A stretch of DNA of 64,000 nt, taken from positions 186,001-250,000 of the forward strand of contig JALDZX010000010.1 of the NCBI GenBank assembly GCA_022813865.1. Direction: 5' to 3'. Position numbers and translations under genes: made by a program. Of the stretch, positions 52,390 to 64,000 are shown piece by piece. Under the pieces are notes generated by a model. The model was not told the origin of the DNA. It made no database searches and worked only from the letters and a program-made list of their open reading frames with translations. Position 1 is the first letter of the stretch. Each line of letters opens with the position of its first letter. The stretch is from Xylographa opegraphella. Lineage: Eukaryota.

Positions 52390-53087
52390 GCTCGAAGGGT
52401 CCGCTGCAGGATATCGTGGGAAGAGGGAGGGAGTTACCTCCTGCTGGCTTTCCGTGCCCTACCTATCGCATGCATGCATACGCCCTTGTAGTAAGCATGC
52501 CCCGTCTCCTGGCAGCTCCCTTCGCGGTAGACCTGTTGGGGTTGGAACGAGCGGTTCCCTGGATGTCCCGCTTCTCGGATGGTACCTCTTGCCTTCGGCG
52601 ATCGACTGCAATTCAGGATGACGTCCTGGATAACTATGATCTGATGAGGAAGGTACCGCTGAAATTGCCTCGTGTCAAGCACTATACCGGCCCGACTGAC
52701 CAATCACGCTTTCTTCCATCTTTTTCGCGCTCGTTACACCATATGAACGGGATCCTGTTCCTGTCAGATGTGTTCGGCGAACGGGATAAGGAGGCGTGTG
52801 ATTCTCCGGCTCTTGGAGAAAGTAGTCTACGCTTCCGGCTCTGGAGCGGAGGTCTGCGTAAAATGTTTGAAGAGGCTGAACGGTTGACAGGTTGAGGAAA
52901 TGGCATGGTTCAGGTTGTGTGTGTGGCATCTCTGACGCGGACGATGATGATAAAAGGACGAGGTCAATGTGGGTATGGAAGTATGCTTAGGAATGCAGCA
53001 GGGGAGGGGGTTGAGTATGGAGAAGTGAAATTCCTTTTCTGATACCCAAGCAAATATGATGTGCTTGTTTATTTTTCCGCCATCAAA

Positions 53088-54459
53088 TCAAGAGGTCTTC
53101 TCCCCTTCACCGACCTCCTCATCCGCACCCAGCGCCTCCAGCTCCCTCTCCGTCATCCATCCCCTCACACTCTGCATCACCTTGTCTAAGCTCGGCCCTC
53201 CTCCGAGCACATCATCCAGATGGTGCAGAGTGATCCCGCTTCGGTGATCCGTGATTCTCTGCTGGCCCCAGTTATATGTCCTGATCTTGTCCCCTCTTCC
53301 CATCCTCGCCACTCCGACCACACTGACCCGCAGCTTTGCCATTTCTTCCTCCCTCGCCTCCCGTCGTGCCTGGGCGATCCGGGACCGCAGAATATGCCAT
53401 GCTTTCTTACGATTAGCTATCTGCGAGCGGGAGTCTTGGATGGCAACGACCGTGTTGGTCGGGATGTGTGTCAAGCGCACGGCAGAATCGGTAGTATTGA
53501 CATGCTGGCCGCCCGCTCCCCGAGCACGCATGACATCCGTGCGAACGTCTTTCGGATCAACGAAATAGTCACTCGTGGGATCGCTGAAGCTATTTTGAGT
53601 CATCTCGTCCACGCCTGTGCTCGGGAAGCTGGGTAGCACCATGACAGATACAGCGCTGGTGTGAGTGCGGCCCTTGGACTCCGTAACGGGAACACGTTGC
53701 ACGCGATGGACACCGGCTTCGCAACGGAGCATGCCGTAAGCGCCCTCGCCTTCGATTTCGAAAATCGCTTCTTGCACTTGGCTTTCGTTGCCCATGCCCT
53801 CTGTTTCATCAAGTTTGAGAATACTGGCGTGGAGGCCATGGCGCTTGCAGAAGGCTTGGTACATCCGTAAGAGGTCACCTGCGAAAAGTGCAGCCTCGGA
53901 TCCACCGGCGCCAGGACGGAGTTCTACGAGACACGGAAGATGTGCAAACTCGTGGACGGGAACGAGACTGGTCTTCAGACGTGTAGTAGCCTCTTCCAAA
54001 GATTGGGACGAGCCTGGTAGCTCCTCTGCTGCAATGGAACGTAGCTCGGTGTCTGTGGCCGGATCACCAAGCAGTTGCTGAAGTTCCAATGTAGACTACT
54101 CAAATTATAAGCTGATGCTGCTCTCACTCGGCGAGGAAACACAAACGCGGCTAGCTTCTTCCCAATCACTCAAAGCGTTGTTGATTGGGCTCAGTTCCCC
54201 AACCTTTTTGGCAATCTTCACATCGTAGTTCTTCGCGAGCTGGTTCGAAAGCTCGGCATACTCAGCAGTAAGAGCACGCGCCCTTCCAAGGAATCTGGGT
54301 GAAAGGGTTGTCGCACTCGAGCTCACTGCAGAGTAAGAAGTCAGTAAAGTTTGCTAATCGGCGACGAGGAGCAATACCATTGCTTGAGAACCGCGACGGC
54401 ACGTATCGTGTGATGGCACATCTATAGTGCCCGAGAATAGCATAGCCGGCCCTTCGCAT
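53088..54459 (-). CDS. MRF1: Mitochondrial peptide chain release factor 1
   Basis: ELRPGAGGSEA, EAGVHRVQRVPVTE (PxT), RARGAGGQHVNTTDSAVR (GGQ), KIRTYNW. Arg-rich presequence-like N-terminus; two introns. Confidence 0.93.
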
Positions 54460-54849
54460 ACTATGCTCAGCTGGCCGAACACGAAGTCAAACAGACATGA
54501 AGCAGGAATATTATTTACCATTTGCACTACGGAGAGAATCTTGAGCTCGCGACAAGTGCACTACCGTAGTAGGACCTAAGACTAGCTCGATATATACTAG
54601 TGTCATGTTAATTGGGCTTTTTTTGTACGAAATTGTAAACAGACTACAGCTCACTTTTAAAATTAGAACTGTGAACCACCCGCGAAAAAGGGGCGGTACA
54701 CAACGCTGCTTTTTTGGTCCTTTCCACACTTCTACCAAAGCAGCCGCTCGCCCTCTAATGGAATCTACAGCGGACGTGACTTTACCGAGTTCCAGTTGTT
54801 GGTATTCACGATATGCGCTAAGCAGGTGCAGGTGACCCTGAATCCAATT

Positions 54850-55275
54850 ATGCTGAATATCGTTGTCTCAGAGACCAATCAATTCCTGAACATATGTACC
54901 GAATGTCTTTAATGACGGTTCTCGCTCCCCCGTCCCTTGAGTCACGCCTCGACCTGGCTGAGTGTATGAAAATGTGCCTGATTCACAACATGGCGGAATC
55001 ACTCGTGGGCGATCTTACACCAGCGGATGGGGGCCCCCAAGGATAGAAAAGAATCGACGAGTGACCATGACCATGGACTATATCACACAGCGACTCCTAA
55101 GGAAACGTCCACGGCGGACTTGCAAATGTTGGCGAGGAAATCCGAGCTATATGGCAGTAGCACAAGGAATCCAAGACGCTAGAAAGCCACTTTGTCCAAA
55201 ATATCGACAAGGTGGAGCTTCTCCTTCAGATGGTGGAGTACGAGAAACATGAAGAGGGCAAGGTCGACCTCAATG
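54850..55275 (+). pseudogene. HD-domain 5'-deoxynucleotidase (Ygk1/HDDC2-like) relic
   Basis: Across frames: HMYRMSLMT..KMCLIHNMAESLVGDLTPADG..TMDYI..IWQ*..FVQNIDKVELLLQMVEYEK. Contains frameshifts and a stop. Confidence 0.75.
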
Positions 55276-55627
55276 GACGCCGTGAGTCTTGCATGTTAGC
55301 ATCGGCCTTAAAAACTTTTAGCTTGAATGGGTTTCTTTCGTCCGAATGGAATTCCACCCAGTTTTTTTAGGGCAACTCAAACAGTCATCGTAGATACATA
55401 GCCCCATAATCGCTGGCCGCAGCTATTTGTCGGCTGCAGTTTCGGTCGATAGCGCTTTCCTAAATGGTAGAAATACCCAGCCGTAGCTGTACGGTAAGCG
55501 GGTGAGTGCGAGCGCGACATTGTGTCAATGATGGCTGACTTAGCAAAGAACGCGGACTGAGAACTTGTAAACATCACCTCCTATTGGTGTGGTATCACAG
55601 GAAAATCTGCCACGGGCTACCCACTAA

Positions 55628-57202
55628 ATGCCGACTCTAAACCTCTTCAGACTCCGGGCCCCTCCACTGCTGCGACAGCTTGCAAGAAGTTCTACGATGA
55701 CCAAAAGCCGAGAGCCCAAAATCCTCCCACCGGATGTTCCTGTGGAGGAAGAGACAATACCTGGCTATGACCCCGAACGTTTCTATCCGATGAACCCGGG
55801 CCAAGTGTTGCATGGACGATACAAGGTATTGGCTAAGCTTGGTTGGGGCACAACTTCGACCGTATGGCTGGCCGAAGACACTTCAAGGTAAGGTATGCTT
55901 TCCGTCAAGGCCATGGCTTTTGCCTCATCCACGTTCCCAGATGGTTGGCAGACGAAGAGACACTTTGCGGTAAAAGTCGCTGTATCTGAAGATCAAGGTA
56001 CGGCCAACCATGAACACAATATCACCAGACACCTCCAGGCAAATCCGCCGCATGATGGCTTCAATTTCGTGAGGACCGTGATCGACCATTTTGAACTTGC
56101 AGGGACGCATGGTACCCATTCTTGTCTAGTCTATGACCCGATGCGAGAAACATTGAAACTCTTTCAGAAGCGAATGCTCGATGGCAAGATTCCAGGGCCG
56201 CTTCTCAAGGCTTACCTTCGGTTCCTCCTCCTGGGGCTCGATTGTCTCCATTCTGAATGTGGTATTGTTCACACAGGTTAGTAAATAGACATTTCTTGGG
56301 TCGGTACATTCTGTTACTGATTTTGATTAGATATCAAGCAAGACAATATCATGATGGCATTTGAAGATCCATCGATACTCGAGAACTTTGTCCGGAACCT
56401 AGCTGAGGATCCTATGCCGCGAATGATAAAGGGTGGCGGCTCAGCATACCTCTCACACTTTGATCTTGGCAGATTGAAATCCTTCAGAACACTTCCCAAG
56501 TTGGTGGACTTCGGATCGGCCCAGCTTTCAGATGGTCAGGAACCTATGCGACACCCTATTCAGCCTCCCTCCTTCCGTGCGCCAGAAGTTATGTTAGGCA
56601 CGAGTTGGTCACATAGCGCGGATATATGGAACCTCGGCGTACTGGTGAGCCTCAGTAGCCGAATGACTGCTCCACTTTCTTGACTAATGACGATATCACT
56701 AGATTTGGAACCTCATGGAGAACCGCGATCTGTTTCGAGACATTCGCTCCAACCAAGGTGTTTACGACAGTCGAAAGCACCTTGCAGAGATGATTGCATT
56801 ACTAGGTCCTCCACCTCAGGAGCTCTTTAATCGAGAGGTAAAGTGGAGCAGGGTTCAGTGGACAAGGGCTTTTTCCAAACGTAGAAGGCAAACTTTGTTG
56901 GACCGCTCGAGAGTACTATGGAGGGCCGTTCTTCAATCCAGAAGGTACAGTGATAGCCTTGTGCAAGCTAGATATCATCGTCTCTTGCCTTCAGAACATT
57001 TCGATACTGACACTGGTGTATAGGTGTGTTCCTTTACGAAGACCTGATCCCTTCCAGCTTTAATCTCCCAGATTCCGTTCTTTCTCTCGAGGGCAAGGAC
57101 AAGGAACTCTTTCTCGATTTTGCGAGTCACATGCTTCAGTGGTTGCCGGAAAAGAGGATGACTGCCAAAGAACTTCTCAATCATCCCTGGCTCACTATAT
57201 GA
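55628..57202 (+). CDS. SRPK-like fungal protein kinase with one frameshift (pseudogene or sequencing error)
   Basis: [53 protein letters not shown]. One extra T in the T5 run at 56870-56874 breaks [17 protein letters not shown]. Confidence 0.8.
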
Positions 57203-57599
57203 GCGCATGGAAGTCACATACAAGGAGAGAACCCTTCTCTTTGCCCAAATGTAGCGTTATTGCAGCCAAAGTTGTCTACATGTTCCATTCCGCTCCGTTC
57301 CCTCCAGAGGACACCGAGAAAATCACCTAAGACTAGGAACCCATCTGAACTATATATCATATTTTGTCTTAGTCTCATTATTGTCCTGTTAGATCGGCAA
57401 GTGGCCGAAAAATGTTAAGGGCTCGACGGAAGACCGCAATTCCGCCACCACTGCGGTCATAGAAACTCGAACCCCCAAAGCAGGGAAAGCTGTGTTTGCC
57501 TGTTCATGCAATCTGCAGAATCGAGAGCAGAACCAGGCTCTTTGCCTGTTATATCCCTGTTGACAGATTTCATTGGATAGAGTGGCCGCGGCTGCCTGA

Positions 57600-58290
57600 A
57601 GAAGTGGGCGCTATATCATCACGTTGGGAGTGCTCTGGTGCTCTGTCAGCAAATGAATTCTCGCCCCTTCAGCTTCATACTTACCAAGTCCGCGGTGACC
57701 AGCGACGCTGGCAAAGTAAGCAGTTCCCCGCAGACGAGGTTCATACTGAGGCAAAAACTGAGGTGCCTCACTCGAAAGGTGGCTCGATGCAAGTCCAAGA
57801 TCCGTCACGTAGACACATTTACCTTTGGAGCCCGTGCCCACCAAGAAATTTGATGGCTTGATATCTTGATGGAGAATTTGTTTTGAATTGATAAATTGAA
57901 GTCGTGCGATGAGTTGTTCGGCTAGCATCAGTACCGTCTTCAGTGAGAAGCGGCGGTCACAGCAATTGAAGAGGCCATCCAGGCTAGGACCCAGGAGATC
58001 GAAGACCATCGCCTCGTTATTCGCATTCCCAGCCTGACCATTTCACATGAAGGATCCCTTCCACGCCAGAGAGGGATTTACAGATCTCGACCTCATCCCG
58101 GAGCAGCGATGGTTCAATCTCCTGAGATTCGAGCTTGACTGCCACCTCTTCGCCAGTCTCCGAGTCCGTTGCTGTGCCTTTGATCAGCATAAAATAGTCC
58201 AGGGGCCGGGCTGGACTGACCTTGGCAGACTGGACTCGAAGCTGTCCACCCAGTCTCCGTACTAGGCCACACCTGCCATGAATGCGAGGA
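57600..58290 (-). pseudogene. Casein kinase I-like pseudogene
   Basis: GEEVAVKLE, MVFDLLGPSL..RRFSLKTVLMLAEQLI, HQDIKPSNFL, DLGLA, GTAYFAS. Stop/frameshift near 58020 and a truncated 3' part. Confidence 0.78.
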
Positions 58291-59651
58291 TCCTGAGCCA
58301 GAACAGTTAATCACGCTGCACGCAAGGGAATCGGGATGCGTACGAAATTATGCATAGATGATCAGATTACCCACACGCTGTCGGTGATAATTTGGCGGCT
58401 GTACATCTTATCTGGGGTAGAAGCAACACCAGGCGCTCACCTTGGCAGTTCAATTGGCCGATTTCACCTTGACGAGCGAAGGCTCCTTCAAGCCTGGGAA
58501 TGCAACCCATTAGGATTCGAGGATCCAGAACCCGCTGGTGACCTCCCTCCTCACATTCATGTGTCATTTCTCGCCACACTGTCACGTCTGTGTCCCGGCA
58601 TGGATGCGAGTGGCGATAGGGTTTTGTAGTCTATTGGCTCGTCGACGGCGTCGACGAGGCTCCCTGGACCTGCTTATGTGCCCAATGGGACGTAATTCAC
58701 GGCCAGCCCGCCGGAACTATATGCAGCAGTGCCTGGCGTAGCGAGGGCGCGGCAGCGGGTACGCTTTCACCAGATTGACGACCTCGCGCTGGAGAGCGCG
58801 AGCTGGGCGGATGTGGCAGCGCGGTACCGTGCGATGCAGGCGACTGGAGGACTTCCAGTTCGCCTTGCGCCTGCAGTACGTCTCCGCATGACGGCATAGT
58901 CAATGCGATTTGGTGCTCGAGCATGTGGTGTCGCCCATTGTGCCGCGGTCAGAGCAAAGGAGGATTCCTTTTGATTTCGCTATGGATGAGGATTCAAGGG
59001 AAAGCAGTGGGGATGAAGCAGGCCCGGGGTATGACGGGAGTTTCATGTGGCTGTGGAGCCTGTCGTTGACGAGCAGTTCGTCGTCGTGGGGGCAGAATTT
59101 GTTGGTCGCCTGGAGAACCTGGAACGGTTGCTGGGTGGGCGCCAGGTGTGGTGCTCAGCGGCTGGGAGGACAGGAATGTTTATGCAGCAGGGTTAAGGCA
59201 GTCAATAATAGATCTATAGTGCCATAGGCATTAAGGCGTAATACCTGGTTCGGGGGCCCAATCAGGGAATGGCGATTTTCAGCTATGCCTTTTTTCCTTT
59301 GCAAAGTTGTGCCTCAGGTACTTCAATTTCTAGAGCTGAACATGAGCTCCGTGTATTAGGGTCAATGATAGCTTCAGTTACCGCTACCATGAAACCACGA
59401 GAGAGGTTATCAGGAAGTAAGCAAGTGTCGTCGGAAGGATTTTTGGCCGTTAGGAGTTCATCCCCGGGTAGCCGAGAACTGTAACCTTTGTTGATTCATT
59501 TCTTCCCCAAATATAAAGATGAGTGCCGCCAACAACTGATGGTCTTTCAATTTGTTTTTGGATAACGGTCTCGTTCCCATTTTTGGCCATTTCAGTATTT
59601 GATATATACTAGTAGCTATAATTACCAGCCAAATACAGCAGCGTGATCCAA

Positions 59652-60758
59652 ATGCCAGACACTCTCGACATTGAGCTGGTCAACAAGACCAGCTCCAACG
59701 ACGTATATGCCTACGTCACCGGTCTGGCTCTCGACAACAACAGCACCTGGTTTCTCCTTCAGGCCAATGGCAAAACCCCATACTACCCTCCATCCCCATC
59801 GTCTGTAGGATCACCTGTGCCCGAAGACTGTGCGATTGTCCTCAACGCCCCTGGAGAGGCCAGGACAATCACGATCCCACACATAGCAGGCGGCCGTATC
59901 TATCTATCCGTCGGCCAGAAACTAACTTTCCAGCTCAACCCCGGTCCAGCGCTCGTCGAGCCCTCCGTCACGAATCCCGCGGATCCAAACATCGATATCG
60001 ATTGGGGCTTCTGCGAGTTCACCTGGAACAACGACCAGCTCTACGCGAACATCAGCTATGTGGACTTTGTAAGTCTGCCCATCGCGTTGACGTTGACGAC
60101 CGACTCCGGCGAGACGAAAGAGGTACATGGGTTAGCATCCAACGGTCTTGAGAGTATATCCGACGGCCTAGAGCAACAGGCAGCTGCCGATCAGCAAGGC
60201 TGGAATTCCCTGATCGTAAAAGGCCAGTCTGGACAGACTCTTAGAGTTCTTAGTCCGAACCAGGGCATTGTGACGAACCCATCTCTTTTTGCAGGCTACT
60301 TCGAACCCTTCGTCGACGAGGTGTGGTCAAAGTATTCCCAGGAAGACCTGCAGGTAGACTATGGCTCAGGGTCCGCACGTGGCAGAGTGACGGACAATAA
60401 CCTCGTCTTGGATGGCCAAAACTTCCCCAAACCTTCCACTGGGGACATTTTCAATGCCAGCTCTGGACCTTTCGCCACTGGAACGGATGGAACTAGGAAC
60501 GCAATTATACCTCGTCTTAATGCGGAAATGAACCGCTCCACAATGCTGAGCAACAATAGCATTCCAACGACCCCCGACCAGCATTATAAGAACGGCATCA
60601 CAAATCATTATGCTCGATTAGTCCATGCTGCAAACGTGGATGGCCGAGGCTACGCACACCCTTATGACGATGTGGCGCCAGCGGGCGGACCTGATCAGTC
60701 GGGTTTTGTGAATGACGGCGCACCAAAGTTGTTGAGGGTCACTGTTGGTGGTGACTAA
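59652..60758 (+). CDS. GH64 beta-1,3-glucanase
   Basis: GGRIYLS, EPSVTNPADPN..WGFCEFT, ANISYVDFV, TNHYARLVH..GYAHPYDDV. Intronless; start at ATG 59652. Confidence 0.92.
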   Translation: MPDTLDIELVNKTSSNDVYAYVTGLALDNNSTWFLLQANGKTPYYPPSPSSVGSPVPEDCAIVLNAPGEARTITIPHIAGGRIYLSVGQKLTFQLNPGPALVEPSVTNPADPNIDIDWGFCEFTWNNDQLYANISYVDFVSLPIALTLTTDSGETKEVHGLASNGLESISDGLEQQAAADQQGWNSLIVKGQSGQTLRVLSPNQGIVTNPSLFAGYFEPFVDEVWSKYSQEDLQVDYGSGSARGRVTDNNLVLDGQNFPKPSTGDIFNASSGPFATGTDGTRNAIIPRLNAEMNRSTMLSNNSIPTTPDQHYKNGITNHYARLVHAANVDGRGYAHPYDDVAPAGGPDQSGFVNDGAPKLLRVTVGGD

Positions 60759-62951
60759 AATGCGAGAATTATTTGATCTAAAGCAGCAAATATTCTTGTC
60801 AGGTAGTATATGCTTGGGCTCCATTACTCGCGAAAGTGGCAAGAAAAGCAGCATTGGATATTGGTTTTTGTTAAAGTATTAGTTGATGACGCAAACACGA
60901 TCGTTTGTGATTTGAAGTCGCTGGCGTACAAGCATGGCTGTTACAGGTGGTGTCCTATGAATCATTCGTGTAGAGTATCTCCTTCTAGAGGAATTATATA
61001 ACGGAGTTCAGTAATCTCCCTTATTTACTAGCAAATAAATCATATCAAAACCGGCGGTTTCGGGAACGGCCCAGATCTAGAAACTAGATCGGGTTGCGTC
61101 CATATGGATCTGCAACCTAAGATCTGCGCTCTTCATGGTAAGGCCTTCAGTCCAGGAACGACTGTCAGACCAAGCAGCTAATCAAAGCGCCGTACACCCT
61201 GCTTGATCTTTATCACTGACATGTGACCTTGAGAGGCTTAGAAGTACCTCACCGAAGGACGGGTGACTATATCCAAACACAGCTGCTGGAATTCAGGAAC
61301 GCCAAATCGTCAGAGGTCTGGCCGAACGCCCACCAAAGCGTGGCCAGTTAAAGATCATGGGACGAGGCTCCTCGCCGAACCAGTTCCCCAAAGCGTATGT
61401 AATAGATTCCAATATAAATCAGATCAATAGCTTGGGACCGCCACTTGGTCGTTAAACAGACCCATAAGTGAGTATATCGTCCACTTGCATCTTATCTGCA
61501 CCAAAGACACTTGACATGTATCGTGCACAATTCGTCGCCAATAAAGCGCCAACTAGTACCACTGTTAGAGCATCAGGGCATTATTGCAGCAGAGTGCACT
61601 TACGGGCTGAATCGTAGATCTCCCAGTTGTGTCGCTGGCTTCAGAGAAATCTCTGAGCACCGACCGGAGGGAGAACATACGAGTTTTAAAGGTGCCTTTG
61701 AGGAGACCGAAATGAGACGTTGGTTTGGAATGCTGTATATTTGGCCTCTGTAAGGCACCGGTTTGTTAATGTAACAGCTGATGTTGAAGGACGAGTATGA
61801 GGTGGAGGCTGGCGAGGGGAGATGAAAGCGCGGGGGTGATGGTATTTGCATGAAGCTAATTCCTGTATCATGGTTGGGCATGCGGAAGTCTGGAATGGTG
61901 AACGGTATCAAATGCAAAGAAAACGATGATCAGAAGTCAAGAGGTAGAGGCAGAGGCAGAGGACGTCCAAGGTCATTTATGAGATTTGTAGGCTATCAAC
62001 CTCTTGCAACATTCTGCCGCTATGCTTCGCCATGCTAGCCTTTTTCTGTTATCGTCTCTGCGAGAGCAGCATCAGACGATCTGTCTCCTCGAATTTAGAA
62101 GTTGCAACCCGTCCTCGTCGATGTGCTTCCGTTGCATCGTAACCCCACTGCTTGGAGCCGAACCCTTTCTGCATTTAACAAGGATATTCTAAAGTGCCAC
62201 CATGATTGAGGGACTCGAGAGCACATCATTGAGCAGCAACGTCATACTCGTAGGGAATGAAGAAGCACCGATGGGGGGTTATAATATGAAAGGAATACCG
62301 ATTGAATTGCCGCGGAGACCACTACGATCAGAACTAAGGACAAAGTCCAACTCCAACCACAATTGTGAATTCGTTGTACAGAGGCGACAATTAAGAACAC
62401 AACCAACGTGAAATTCGCGCCGGGTCTTCAAATCCGACACGACGAGACTGACATTAGGCCATGCAGCTGCATGGATGTGGAATTGTAATGATTTTAGATG
62501 ACTCTTCCCTGGACCATAATCTTATCTCCGTTGTATCTAAGTGGGAGGTTTGGTAGCACCAACACTTCACTCTGCACCCACCATTCGGAAATCTACCAAA
62601 GACTCCTTTGATCAAACAATGGCCCACGAACTTGAAGCTCCTTGCGACCCCAAACGTGTGGTATAGCTTCACACTTCCTTCACACCTCAGTAACAGGAGC
62701 CATTGATGCTACTTGGAGTCATAGGGCTGTTCCAGCTGCTTAGTTCAATCTTCCAACCATCGGACTGGTCGTCATCGATAGAAGCATAGAATCGCAATGG
62801 CATCGACTACTTCAGAAGTGTCCTACTCGCTAGCTGTCACCGTCTAACCGGACTGATACATAGCTTCAGTAATCTGTGAGAAAAGTGCCAGCTTTACTCA
62901 ATGCTTGTGCGAAGTATGCCATGCAGTCTGTCACCCCTGGGGAAGACGATC

Positions 62952-63917
62952 CTATAAGAAACTCATCTGCTCCTTGCTCCAGTCAGAAGAATCGCTAGAT
63001 GAGCCTTGTAAACAACCACTTTTCTCTGAATTGGGCGACGCAGTGACAATTAGTGGTGGCGTGAAGATGGTGGTACCAGACGATGAAGTCCGCCGGAGAC
63101 GAGGCATTCTAGGAAGCGACCCATGACGTTCGGTAGAGCTAATCACGCGAGAGTTGACGGGCAAATGCGAAGCATTATTTTTAGACATGGGCGCAAGTGA
63201 GCCATGGTTTGGTGTGACTGCAAGTACAGGTGAGGTTAGTGATATGCGAGGGCCAACTATAGGACCGGCGCTGTTCTGGAGACCTCTGTACTGCCGAGCT
63301 GTTTTAGTCGGGCGGAAATTTCCTTCGCGGTCGGTGGAAAGCCGTAGATCTGATGCGATAGCGTGGTCATTCATACCTAGCGTCTTAGTGACCATCGGAT
63401 TTTGTGATACCTCCTGGTAGGATCGCTTCAGACACCGGAGTTGATGACGACTGACTGATCTGTCTATACTCTCCAATTTCGGGATAGTTTCATCCTTATG
63501 GGCTTGATCAATTGTCGGAGGTGATTCGAACTGTAGTAATGGCTGTGGCGTATCTCTAGTGTTAGAACTACCTGATTTGTGTTCTGGTAGATCGTAGGGG
63601 GTTACGTCGGACGAACGGAGCACTTTCGTAACGTTTCTCGACGTGACCAACAGTTCCATCGATCCGCGACCAGATACGGATTTCTGATGAGACGAGGATT
63701 CTGAGAGAAGGCCTCGCCTCCTTGATCTCAGATGATCTTGCGATTGGCTCAAAGCCGCTGGAACATCGCAAGCTTTGTCTCCATAATGGCGTGGCCAGAA
63801 TCTATGACTGATTGGATCCTGTCCCTCATATGCATAGATCTGAGTACGCGATCGACGTCGATCCCGGCGTGTTGCGCTGTATTTAGAGGCTGATGGGATA
63901 TTACTGTGTTCTGCCAT
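62952..63917 (-). CDS. Hypothetical S/R-rich disordered protein
   Basis: ~320-codon ORF with no recognised domain; gene structure uncertain. Confidence 0.35.
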   Translation of the reverse strand: MAEHSNIPSASKYSATRRDRRRSRTQIYAYEGQDPISHRFWPRHYGDKACDVPAALSQSQDHLRSRRRGLLSESSSHQKSVSGRGSMELLVTSRNVTKVLRSSDVTPYDLPEHKSGSSNTRDTPQPLLQFESPPTIDQAHKDETIPKLESIDRSVSRHQLRCLKRSYQEVSQNPMVTKTLGMNDHAIASDLRLSTDREGNFRPTKTARQYRGLQNSAGPIVGPRISLTSPVLAVTPNHGSLAPMSKNNASHLPVNSRVISSTERHGSLPRMPRLRRTSSSGTTIFTPPLIVTASPNSEKSGCLQGSSSDSSDWSKEQMSFL

Positions 63918-64000
63918 TCCTACGTTGTTCCTAGACAGAACATCTCTTAATGAAAGTGTTAACACCTAGCGATAATTCTAGGAGCCAGAGAAGTTTTGCG

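Noticed and set aside
52293..52895. 200-aa ORF after the homeobox pseudogene
   Set aside because: Overlaps the pseudogene end in another frame and has no recognisable domain.

Overview
Filamentous ascomycete (Pezizomycotina) genomic DNA with short GT-AG introns. The core gene backbone is: a large protein with a histone-fold-like segment, glutamine synthetase, Mediator Med1, Arp1/centractin, an intron-containing tRNA-His(GTG), a DUF3602/Par32-like gene, a dienoyl-CoA isomerase, Tfb5, the Slt2/MpkA MAP kinase, mitochondrial release factor Mrf1 and a GH64 glucanase. Accessory patches contain a HET protein, lineage-specific kinases and several pseudogenes. The main finding is a ~10.6 kb island (27694-38258) bounded by (TA)n tracts, with roughly helically phased GGGAGC repeats near both ends. 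At its right end is a mutated, truncated DUF3435-type tyrosine recombinase, so it looks like a small derelict Starship. Among TE debris (a LINE with TSD, LTRs, a Dicer-2 fragment) it carries two intact genes. One is a SET-MYND lysine methyltransferase. The other is a 781-aa protein that appears to combine a HeLo/MLKL-like N-terminus, a Cbl-type EF-hand and two Tudor/Agenet-like domains. Together they suggest a mobile methyl writer/reader module possibly linked to cell death. All family assignments come from motif recognition by eye; no searches were run.
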